The notes beneath the pieces were generated by a model, which was given only the letters and a program-made list of their open reading frames with translations, made no database searches and was not told the DNA's origin. From an uncultured bacterium (GTDB lineage: Bacteria > Acidobacteriota > Thermoanaerobaculia > Multivoradales > JAHZIX01): 64,000 nucleotides of DNA. Where the stretch lies: the NCBI GenBank assembly GCA_965368975.1, contig CBDUPA010000015.1, positions 96,001 through 160,000 of the forward strand. The letters are read 5' to 3'. A program made the translations under genes and the position numbers. Of this stretch, positions 40,200-48,598 are shown one piece after another (the stretch's first letter is position 1; each line of letters opens with the position of its first letter).

Positions 40200-41983
40200 T
40201 CGTGCCCTTGGTGCGCGTCACCTTCTACGGCCTGCTGGGCGAGAAGGCGCAGGTGCTCGAAGAACTTCAGGCCCAGGGCTGCTTGCACCTGCTGCCGCTG
40301 CGCGCGGGTGCCGAGGGCGAAGAGGCCGAACTGGCGATCGCGCAGGAGGTGCGCGACTCGCTGCAGTTCCTGCTCGCCTCGCCACTCAAGCGCCAGCAAC
40401 GGCACGACCCCGAGCAGTTCGATGCCGCTCGTGTCCAGCGCCACGCGTTGGAAACCCAGGCCAAAATGCGCGAGCTGGAGGACCGCCGCGACTTCCTGCG
40501 CCGGCGTATCCGCGACCTCGAACCCTGGGGCGATTTCACCTTCCCGCCGCGCGACCGACTGCGCCAACAGCGACTGTGGTTCTACATCGTGCCGCACTAC
40601 CTGATGCCGCGTGTCGCCGAGACGGAGCTGGTGTGGCAGACCGTGCACCGCGACACGCGCCACTGCTATGTCGTGGTCCTGGCCGAGGATGTGCCGCAGG
40701 GAATGCCGGTCGAGCGCACGCGCACCGGCGACCGGCCGCTGTCCGAACTGCGTCGCCGGCTGGAGCGCGTCGAGAGCGAGCTCGAAGACCAGCAGGTCGA
40801 GCGCTGGCGTCTGACCTGCTGGCTCGACCAGCTCGCCGGCTCGATGCACCGGCTGGAGAACCGCGCCGCGCGCGACCTGGCCGCCACCCGGACGCACGAC
40901 ACGGACCCGCTCTTCGTGCTGCAAGCGTGGGCCCCCAAGGACCACCTCGACGATCTGCGCACCTACGCAGAAACCAAGGGCCTGGCGCTGGTGACCGAAG
41001 AACCGAACGACGAGGATGCCCCACCGACGCTGCTGCGCAACCCGACCTTGGTGCGCGGTGGCCAGGATCTGGTGTCCTTCTACTCGACGCCCAGCTACGA
41101 TCTTTGGGACCCGTCGCCCGTCGTCTTCTTCTCGTTCGCCGTCTTCTTCGCCATGATTCTGTCCGACGCTGGCTACGCGCTGCTGCTCGGCCTGCCGCTG
41201 CTGTTCAAGTGGAAGGCGATGGGCACGACGCCGGTGCGCCGCGGTCTGCGCAACCTGTGGCTGACACTCACCGCCACCTCGGCTGCCTGGGGCATCGCGG
41301 TAGGCAGCTACTTCGGCCTGGCACCGCCCGAAGGCGGCCCACTGGCCAGCGTCAACCTGCTCGATGTGCGCGACAGCACAACCATGATGAAGCTCTCCGT
41401 CGCCGTTGGCCTGCTGCACGTCGCCTTCGCCAACGCGGTGGGTGTATGGCGGCTGCGTCGCTCGGCGGCAATGCTGGTGCCCCTGGGCTGGCTGGTGATC
41501 CTGCTCACCGCCGGCTTCTGGGGCCTCTCCCACGGTACCGTGCTGGCCGCGCAGGGAGCGCTCGTGGGCCCCTGGGGCCTGGCAGCCGGCGGTACGCTGG
41601 TCCTGTTGTTCAGCGGCTTGGGGGCCAAGCCCTTCGGGCGCCTGTTCCAGGGCCTGATCGGCGTCTACCGGGTGACCAACGCTTTCGGCGACGTGCTCAG
41701 CTACCTGCGCCTGTTCGCCCTCGGGTTGGCCAGTGCATCGCTGGCCACCGCCTTCAACGACCTGGCCCGTCAGGTCGCCGAGGACATGCCAGCCTTCGGC
41801 ATGCTGCTGGCCCTGATCGTGCTGCTCTTCGGTCACGGTCTCAACTTCCTGCTCGCCGTGGTCAGCGGCTTCGTGCATGGCCTGCGGCTCAACTTCATCG
41901 AATTCTTCAACTGGGGTGTGCCCGAAGAGGGCCGCCCGTTCCGCGCTTTCGCCAAGAAGGAGGCAGTCCAGTGGAATCCATGA
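40196..41983 (+). CDS. V/A-type ATP synthase subunit I (a)
   Basis: PPTLLRNP, FFAMILSDAGY, DVLSYLRLFALGLA (essential Arg), HGLRLNFIEF. Confidence 0.93.
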   Translation: MIVPLVRVTFYGLLGEKAQVLEELQAQGCLHLLPLRAGAEGEEAELAIAQEVRDSLQFLLASPLKRQQRHDPEQFDAARVQRHALETQAKMRELEDRRDFLRRRIRDLEPWGDFTFPPRDRLRQQRLWFYIVPHYLMPRVAETELVWQTVHRDTRHCYVVVLAEDVPQGMPVERTRTGDRPLSELRRRLERVESELEDQQVERWRLTCWLDQLAGSMHRLENRAARDLAATRTHDTDPLFVLQAWAPKDHLDDLRTYAETKGLALVTEEPNDEDAPPTLLRNPTLVRGGQDLVSFYSTPSYDLWDPSPVVFFSFAVFFAMILSDAGYALLLGLPLLFKWKAMGTTPVRRGLRNLWLTLTATSAAWGIAVGSYFGLAPPEGGPLASVNLLDVRDSTTMMKLSVAVGLLHVAFANAVGVWRLRRSAAMLVPLGWLVILLTAGFWGLSHGTVLAAQGALVGPWGLAAGGTLVLLFSGLGAKPFGRLFQGLIGVYRVTNAFGDVLSYLRLFALGLASASLATAFNDLARQVAEDMPAFGMLLALIVLLFGHGLNFLLAVVSGFVHGLRLNFIEFFNWGVPEEGRPFRAFAKKEAVQWNP

Positions 41984-42429
41984 CCCTGGTCCTCGGATGG
42001 CTCGGTATCTTCGCACCGGTCGCCCTGGGGGCGGTGGGCAGCATCATCGGCTGCGCGCGCGCTGGCCAGGCGGCTTGCGGGGCGCTGCTCGAGACCGAAA
42101 CCGGCCACGGCCGTTACATCGGCATCTCGGCCATGCCCTCGTCGCAGACCATCTACGGCATCGTCGTGATGCTCACCCTCAACCGTGCGGTCGACCTCGA
42201 CAACGCACCCGGCCTGTTCGCCATCGGTGTACTCTCCGGTGTGGCACTGATGCTCAGCGGCATCCACCAGGGCAACTGCTGCGCCTCGGCGATCAACGTG
42301 TCGAAGAGCAAGACGTCGATCTTTGGCCTGTCGATCGCACCAGCGGCGGTGGTCGAAGGCTTCGCCGTCTTCGTCTTCGTCTTCGCCTTGGTGCTGTCAG
42401 GCGGCCTACCGGGCGCCGGAGGGTCCTGA
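41971..42429 (+). CDS. V/A-type ATP synthase subunit K (c), four transmembrane helices
   Basis: GSIIGC, AMPSSQTIYG, HQG, VVEGFAVF; GTG start behind AGGAGG (ATG at 41980 is an alternative). Confidence 0.92.
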   Translation: MESMTLVLGWLGIFAPVALGAVGSIIGCARAGQAACGALLETETGHGRYIGISAMPSSQTIYGIVVMLTLNRAVDLDNAPGLFAIGVLSGVALMLSGIHQGNCCASAINVSKSKTSIFGLSIAPAAVVEGFAVFVFVFALVLSGGLPGAGGS

Positions 42430-42432
42430 GTC

Positions 42433-43125
42433 ATGCCCTCTCCAGCCACGCAGCACCCGGTGTCCTCGGGCGTCCAGGAGCTGATCGAGCGGCTGCGGCG
42501 CGAGGGCGTCGAAGCCGGTGAGTCCGAGGCACGCGACGCCGTCGCCCAGGCGCGCCGGCAGGCCGACGAGATCCTCAGCTCGGCACGCCGCGAGGCCGAA
42601 GAGCTGCATGCGCGCACACGTCGAGAACTCGCAGCCGAGCGCGACGCCGCGCACGAGGCTCTGCGCCTGGCCGCCCGCGACCTGCAGCTCGAACTCAAAG
42701 AGCGCCTGACCGCCCGCTTCGAGGCACAGGTCAAGCAGCTGGTGAGCGCCGATTTGTCGAGCCACGATGGCCTGCGAGCACTGATCCTCGCCGTCGCCGG
42801 CCACGTCGGTGTGGAGCTAGCGGACGCGGCCGACGCGGGCCAACAGATGCAGGTAGCCGTCAGCGGCGATCTGTCGAACGAGCAACTCGACACGCTGACC
42901 CGCGAACTCGCCGCCGGCCTGCTGCGCGAGGGCGTCGAGCTGGTGCCAGCAGCCGAGGGCGGCCCAACCGGTAGCACGGCCAGCGGTGCCCAAGACGGCG
43001 GTATCCGCGTCCGGCTGGCGGACCAGGACATCGAGGTCGACCTCAGCGCGAACGCTCTCGCCAGCTTGCTGCTGCGCCGCTTGACGCCGCGCTTCCGCGA
43101 ACTGTTCGCCGCACTGACGGCCTGA
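42433..43125 (+). CDS. V/A-type ATP synthase subunit E
   Basis: GVQELIERLRREGVEAG coiled coil, GGIRV, LTPRFRELF. Confidence 0.85.
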   Translation: MPSPATQHPVSSGVQELIERLRREGVEAGESEARDAVAQARRQADEILSSARREAEELHARTRRELAAERDAAHEALRLAARDLQLELKERLTARFEAQVKQLVSADLSSHDGLRALILAVAGHVGVELADAADAGQQMQVAVSGDLSNEQLDTLTRELAAGLLREGVELVPAAEGGPTGSTASGAQDGGIRVRLADQDIEVDLSANALASLLLRRLTPRFRELFAALTA

Positions 43126-43150
43126 GGCCCGAGCAGGAGAGAACTTCCCC

Positions 43151-43858
43151 GTGAGCAACCGTCACTACTACACGTTGATGGCCAGCCTGCCGCCGCTACC
43201 GCGCTTCGACCGCGCCGACCGGCTGCCGATCAACCAGGAGCGTCTCAACGAGCGCATGTCGATGCTCGAAGACGACGATGCCGACGTGGTGCGCGCCGCC
43301 GAGAACTACCTGCATTGGAACCGCCAGCCGGTCGATCGCACGTCGGCCGAGGTCGTCGAGTTCTACGGCCAGCTGATCGCTCGCTCCAGCGATGAGACGC
43401 TCAACGCCATGCTCGAGTACCGCATGACCGAGCGTACGATCATCGCCGCTCTGCGCCGCCGGCTGCGCGGGCACCCACCGCCGGCCGCCGGTGAGCCCTG
43501 GGGTGTTGGCCCGTGGGTCGGCCACATCGAGCGCAATTGGGACGCTCCCGACTTCCGTCTCAGCCCGGTCTTCCCGTGGTTGCCGGAAGCCAAGCGCCTG
43601 CTCGAAGACGGCGAAGCACGCGAGCTGCAACGCTTGCTGATGGGCCTGATCTGGGACCAGCTCGTGCGCCTGGCCGAGAACCGTCCCTTTCACTTCGACG
43701 CCCTGCTCTGCTACCTCTTCCGCTGGGACATCTTGCGCCGCTGGCTGAGCTACGAAGACACCGCCACGGCCCGTCACCGCTTCCGTCAGCTACTCAGCCA
43801 GGTGACCGCCGACCATCACCTGGAGTTCGCGCCTCCGACGTCGATAGCCGCCTCCTGA
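43151..43858 (+). CDS. DUF2764-like V-ATPase accessory protein (subunit C-like)
   Basis: YYTLMASLP, F.FDALLCYLFRW.IL.RW; lies between subunits E and A as in Chlamydia/Bacteroidota-type operons. Confidence 0.75.
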   Translation: MSNRHYYTLMASLPPLPRFDRADRLPINQERLNERMSMLEDDDADVVRAAENYLHWNRQPVDRTSAEVVEFYGQLIARSSDETLNAMLEYRMTERTIIAALRRRLRGHPPPAAGEPWGVGPWVGHIERNWDAPDFRLSPVFPWLPEAKRLLEDGEARELQRLLMGLIWDQLVRLAENRPFHFDALLCYLFRWDILRRWLSYEDTATARHRFRQLLSQVTADHHLEFAPPTSIAAS

Positions 43859-43877
43859 AATCCTGAGGACCGCCACC

Positions 43878-45695
43878 ATGCCCACGACCTCGCCCCCAAC
43901 TCCTCACACCGGCACGAGCCACGACCTCTCTGTAGGTCACGTCGTCGCCGTGCGCGACAACCTGCTGACGGTGAACGTCACCTCCGGCCCGATGATGAAG
44001 AACGAGGTCGCCTACGTCTGCCTCGGCGACCTGCGGCTGAAGGCCGAAGTCCTGCGCATCCAGGGCACCAGCGCGGACCTACAGGTGTTCGAAGAAACCG
44101 CAGGCGTGCAGGTGGGCGACCGCGTCGAACTGACCAGCGAGTTGCTCTCCGTCACGCTCGGCCCTGGCCTCTTGGGCCAGGTGTTCGACGGTCTGCAACA
44201 GCCGCTGAGCGAGCTCGCACGCCAGTACGGCTTCTTCCTGCCACGCGGCATCACGCTCGACCCGCTCGACCGCAGCAAGAAGTGGCCCGTCACCGCCGTC
44301 GCCGCTCCCGGTGACCGTGTTGCCCCCGGCGGTGTCCTCGCGACGGTCCCGGAAGGCCCGTTCGAGCACAAGATCCTGGTGCCGTTCAATGAACCGGAAG
44401 CCGTCGAAGTGACCTGGATCCGCTCCGGCAACCTGACGCTCGACGAACCCCTCGCCCGCCTGCGCGGCGCCGACGGCCGCGAGCGGGAGATCGGCCTGAC
44501 GCAGCGTTGGCCGGTGCGCAAACCCATCCCCGCGGGCTTGCTGCAGCGTCGCCACGCCGAGCGCCTCTATCCCAACGAGCCCCTGATCACGACCATCCGC
44601 CTGGTCGACACCTTCTTCCCCATCGCCCGCGGCGGCACCGCCTGCATCCCCGGCCCCTTCGGCGCCGGCAAGACCGTCTTGCAGAGCCTCTTCTCGCGCT
44701 ACTCCAGCGCCGACATCGTGATCGTCGTCGCCTGCGGTGAGCGGGCCGGTGAGGTGGTCGAGACGATCACCGAGTTCCCCGAGATGCAGGACCCGCGCAC
44801 CGGCGGTTCGCTGATGGACCGCACCATCATCATCTGCAACACCTCGTCCATGCCCGTCGCCGCCCGCGAGTCGTCGATCTACACCGGCATCACCCTGGGG
44901 GAGTACTACCGCCAGATGGGCTACAGCGTCCTGGTACTCGCCGACTCGACATCCAGGTGGGCCCAGGCGATGCGCGAGATCTCGGGCCGCATGGAAGAGA
45001 TCCCGGGCGAGGAAGCCTACCCCGCCTACCTCGACTCCTCGATCCGCAACATCTACGAACGCGCCGGCGTCATCCAATGCGCCGACGGCAGCGTCGGCAG
45101 CCTGACGCTCGTCGGCACGGTCTCCCCGGCGGGCGGCAACTTCGAAGAACCGGTCACGCAGGCTACCTTGTCGACCGTCAAGACCTTTCTCGGCCTGTCG
45201 TCCGACCGCGCCTACAAGCGATACTATCCCGCCATCGACCCCTTGCTCTCCTGGTCGCGCTACCTCGACCAGCTCGCCCACTGGTACAAGGACAACCTGG
45301 ACGACACCTGGGTCGCGGACGTCAAGGAACTCTCCGAGCTCCTACGCCGAGGCGACTCGATCCACCAGATGATGCAGGTGACCGGCGAAGAAGGCATCAC
45401 GCTCGACGACTATGTCGTATGGCAGAAGGCGACGCTCTTGGACCTGGTCTACCTGCAGCAAGACGCCTTCGACGACATCGACGTCTCGAACACGCTCGAC
45501 CGTCAGAAAGACAGCTTCCACCTACTGCGTGACCTGATCCGGCGGAGCTACAACTTCGCTGACAAAGACCAGGCACGCAACTACTTCACGCGCCTGACTG
45601 GCCTGTACAAGAACCTCAACTACAGCGCCGACGGTGGCCCAGAGCACCAGCGCTACAAGCAACAGATCACGGACTTGGCAGCGCAGTATTCGTAG
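43878..45695 (+). CDS. V/A-type ATP synthase subunit A
   Basis: LGPGLLG.VFDGLQ, PGPFGAGKT, ACGERAGE, ADSTSRWAQA, PGEEAYPAYL, VSPAGGNF. Confidence 0.96.
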   Translation: MPTTSPPTPHTGTSHDLSVGHVVAVRDNLLTVNVTSGPMMKNEVAYVCLGDLRLKAEVLRIQGTSADLQVFEETAGVQVGDRVELTSELLSVTLGPGLLGQVFDGLQQPLSELARQYGFFLPRGITLDPLDRSKKWPVTAVAAPGDRVAPGGVLATVPEGPFEHKILVPFNEPEAVEVTWIRSGNLTLDEPLARLRGADGREREIGLTQRWPVRKPIPAGLLQRRHAERLYPNEPLITTIRLVDTFFPIARGGTACIPGPFGAGKTVLQSLFSRYSSADIVIVVACGERAGEVVETITEFPEMQDPRTGGSLMDRTIIICNTSSMPVAARESSIYTGITLGEYYRQMGYSVLVLADSTSRWAQAMREISGRMEEIPGEEAYPAYLDSSIRNIYERAGVIQCADGSVGSLTLVGTVSPAGGNFEEPVTQATLSTVKTFLGLSSDRAYKRYYPAIDPLLSWSRYLDQLAHWYKDNLDDTWVADVKELSELLRRGDSIHQMMQVTGEEGITLDDYVVWQKATLLDLVYLQQDAFDDIDVSNTLDRQKDSFHLLRDLIRRSYNFADKDQARNYFTRLTGLYKNLNYSADGGPEHQRYKQQITDLAAQYS

Positions 45696-45720
45696 AGAGT
45701 CGTCTCGGCACGGACGTACC

Positions 45721-45886
45721 CCCGTGCACCTCTGCCCACCGCCTCATAGTCCCGAAGCGACAACGCGGGTCACTCTAGCCCGAACCTCGGAGCCGCATCG
45801 TCGCCCGAGAAGGGAATGCAGAACTCTGCAATGGGCCTGCGGATGTGCCCTGCGCCGGGACTCGGGTGGTGGCAGGGATGCACGGG
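45721..45886. repeat. Long imperfect inverted repeat (possible MITE remnant or structured RNA)
   Basis: Nested complementary arms: cccgtgca/tgcacggg, ctgcccacc/ggtggcag, agtcccg/cgggact. Confidence 0.55.
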
Positions 45887-45930
45887 TGTGCACCTCGCGA
45901 CTCCAAGAGGGGCGAGCTACAATCTTCTGC

Positions 45931-46461
45931 ATGTCTCCGCCTGTTCGTCGCGCCTCCGACAACCTCTTGCCGCGCCTCTACGACGAATTGCGCGCACTCG
46001 CACGTGCTCGCCTGGCGCACGAGCAGCCAGGGCAGACGCTGCAACCGACAGCACTGGTACACGAGGCGTACTTGCGCCTCGGCGGACCCGGCTCTGCGTT
46101 GTGGGACTCGACCGGGCATTTCTACGCCGCCGCCGCGCGTGCCATGCGGCGGATCCTGATCGAGCGCGCGCGGCGAGTGGCGCGAGTCAAGCATGGCGGC
46201 GAGCTGCGGCGCGTGACGCTGGACGGCGAGGTCGCGGGCTTCGAGCAAGATCCGGCGGACTTGCTAGCGCTCGATCAAGCGCTGGAAAAGCTGACCGAAC
46301 GCGACGCGGGCATGGCCCGGGTAGTGGAGCTGCGCTACTTCGCGGGCCTGTCGGTCGCCGAGACAGCGGAAGCGCTGGGAACGTCGACGCGGTCGGTGAA
46401 TCGGGCCTGGACATCGGCGCGGACTTGGTTGTTCCGGGAGCTGCGGAGTGACTCGAGATAA
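45931..46461 (+). CDS. ECF RNA polymerase sigma factor (TIGR02999-like, kinase-associated)
   Basis: LYDELRALA, TLQPTALVHEAYLRL, AMRRILIERAR...KHGG, VELRYFAGLS. Confidence 0.92.
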   Translation: MSPPVRRASDNLLPRLYDELRALARARLAHEQPGQTLQPTALVHEAYLRLGGPGSALWDSTGHFYAAAARAMRRILIERARRVARVKHGGELRRVTLDGEVAGFEQDPADLLALDQALEKLTERDAGMARVVELRYFAGLSVAETAEALGTSTRSVNRAWTSARTWLFRELRSDSR

Positions 46462-48577
46462 GCCACCGGCCGACGACTGGCAGCGCGTCTGGGACGCCTT
46501 CCACGACGTGCTGGTGGCTGATGCGTCGCAGCGCACCACCCTGCTCGAAGGGCTGCGCCCCGCGCTGCGCCGGGAGGTCGAGAGCCTGCTCGCCGCGCAC
46601 GACGACGCGGGTACCTTCCTGGAGTCGCCGCCGCAAGCCGCAATCGCCTCGTCCGAAGGACCGCTGCTCGGGTCGCGCATCGGCCCCTACCGGCTGCTGC
46701 GTCCGCTGGGAGCCGGCGGCATGGGGCTTGTTTACCTGGCCGAGCAGCAGGAGCCGTTCCACCGCCAAGTTGCCCTGAAGCTGATCCACCCCCGACTGCT
46801 CGCGTCGGCCTTGGCAACGGACCAGGAGATTGGGGTCGAAGGCTCGACATCCCCCACCCTACCGGGCGTGGCGGCCGATGTTGCCGCCCGCTTCGACGCC
46901 GAGCGCCAGGCACTGGCACTGCTGCGGCACCCGGGTATCGCGACGCTGTACGACACCGGCTCGATGGAGGACGGTGCACCGTGGATGGCGATGGAGTACG
47001 TCGAGGGCTTGCCGCTCGACGTCTATTGCCAGACACAGGGAGACGAGAACCATGGACTCGACCTCGACGCGCGGCTGCGCCTGCTGCACGAGGTGTGCCG
47101 AGCCGTCGGCCATGCCCACGCACGCGGCATCGTGCACCGTGATCTCAAACCTTCCAACATCCTGGTGACGCGTGTCGATGGCGAGGCCGCGGTCAAGGTC
47201 ATCGACTTCGGTATCGCCAAGGCGCTGGCGCTACCGCTCGGCGAGGTGCGCACACGCGCTGGGCAGTACCTCGGCACCCCCGCCTATGCCAGTCCCGAGC
47301 AACGCACTGGTGGTCCGGTCGACGCACGTGCCGATGTCTACGCGCTAGGCCTGATCCTGCGTCGCCTGCTGGAACCGCTGGGCCCGCCGCCCGCCTGGCT
47401 GCGCCGCGTGCTCGAACGAGCTCTGGCCGCCGATCCGGCCCGCCGCTTTGCCGACGCCGCGATGCTGGGACGCGCTCTGGCTGAGGGCAACGCCCAGCGA
47501 AGGCACCGTCGATGGCTCGCGGCAGCGGTGCTGAGCCTGCTAGTGCTGGTGCTCGGACTCGCCTGGATGAACCGTGATGCGCGTTCGACGGCACCCGGCG
47601 AGACGCAACAAGGTTCTGTCAACACGCCCATGACCGAAGATAGTCCTACCCTGGACGATCTCAGCGAAGAAAATTCACATAATGCGCTACTTGACAGAAT
47701 CGAACAGGCAACACACGCCCCCTCCCCTTTCTCGCACCGCGCCCTGGCCCTGACCTTCGACGACGTGCCGGACAACGGCGAGCTGCCCCGCGCCCGGCTC
47801 GAAGCGATGAATAGCGCGCTGCTGCAACACCTGCGTGCCCACGGAGCGCCTGCTACCGCCTTCGTCGACAGCGCGACGCTGACGACGGCTCCGCGTCTCG
47901 ACCTGCTTGGCGACTGGCTCGAGGCCGGACACACACTCGGCAACCACGCCGCTGGCCATCCCCACTTCCGGCGCACTCGCTTCGACGCCTACGCCGCATC
48001 GATCGAGCGCGCAGACACGGCCTTGCGCGCCGTACTGCGCCAGCACTCAGAGGCACCGCCCCTGCGTGCCTTCCGGCCACCGTATCTGGAGACCGGCAGC
48101 GATGCCGCCAGCCGCGCCCGGCTCGACAGCTTCTTGGCGAGCCACGACTACCGCCTGGTACTGGCGACGATCGAGGTCCTCGACTACCTCTATGCCGACG
48201 CCTGGGACCACCACCCAGACGAGCACGCGCGCCTGCGCACGGCCTACCTGCAGCACGTCGAGGACCGCCTCGCCTTCGCCGAGCGCAGCGCTCAGGATCT
48301 CTTCGACCGTGACATCGCACAGGTGATGTTGCTGCACGCCTACCCGCTCAACGCCGAACTGCTGGACGACTTGCTGCAGCGCCTGCAGGCGCGCGGCTAC
48401 CGCTTCGTGTCGCTCGACGAGGCGATGCGCGATCCGGTGTACGCGCTGCCCGACACCAGCACCAGCGAGGACGGCCTGAGCTGGCTGCCACGCTGGGCCG
48501 AGACGTTGGGCCAGGTCTACGACTTCGCCGGTGAGCCCGAAGCCCCCGCGTGGGTGCTCGAACTCACCGGCTCGTGA
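46448..48577 (+). CDS. Ser/Thr protein kinase - transmembrane helix - polysaccharide deacetylase fusion
   Basis: LGAGGMG.V, VALK, HRDLKPSN, DFG, GTPAYASPE; TM WLAAAVLSLLVLVLGLAW; NodB motifs TFDDVP, NHAAGH, RPPY, DY, LLH. Confidence 0.88.
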   Translation: MTRDKPPADDWQRVWDAFHDVLVADASQRTTLLEGLRPALRREVESLLAAHDDAGTFLESPPQAAIASSEGPLLGSRIGPYRLLRPLGAGGMGLVYLAEQQEPFHRQVALKLIHPRLLASALATDQEIGVEGSTSPTLPGVAADVAARFDAERQALALLRHPGIATLYDTGSMEDGAPWMAMEYVEGLPLDVYCQTQGDENHGLDLDARLRLLHEVCRAVGHAHARGIVHRDLKPSNILVTRVDGEAAVKVIDFGIAKALALPLGEVRTRAGQYLGTPAYASPEQRTGGPVDARADVYALGLILRRLLEPLGPPPAWLRRVLERALAADPARRFADAAMLGRALAEGNAQRRHRRWLAAAVLSLLVLVLGLAWMNRDARSTAPGETQQGSVNTPMTEDSPTLDDLSEENSHNALLDRIEQATHAPSPFSHRALALTFDDVPDNGELPRARLEAMNSALLQHLRAHGAPATAFVDSATLTTAPRLDLLGDWLEAGHTLGNHAAGHPHFRRTRFDAYAASIERADTALRAVLRQHSEAPPLRAFRPPYLETGSDAASRARLDSFLASHDYRLVLATIEVLDYLYADAWDHHPDEHARLRTAYLQHVEDRLAFAERSAQDLFDRDIAQVMLLHAYPLNAELLDDLLQRLQARGYRFVSLDEAMRDPVYALPDTSTSEDGLSWLPRWAETLGQVYDFAGEPEAPAWVLELTGS

Positions 48578-48598
48578 GTCACGCTCCGAGGTGCAGCG

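Noticed and set aside
39845-42016. 723-aa antisense ORF, and similar long shadow ORFs such as 15324-16955, 40189-41970 and 55001-56359
   Set aside because: They overlap well-supported genes on the opposite strand or in another frame, have no motifs, and are expected in high-GC DNA with few stop codons.
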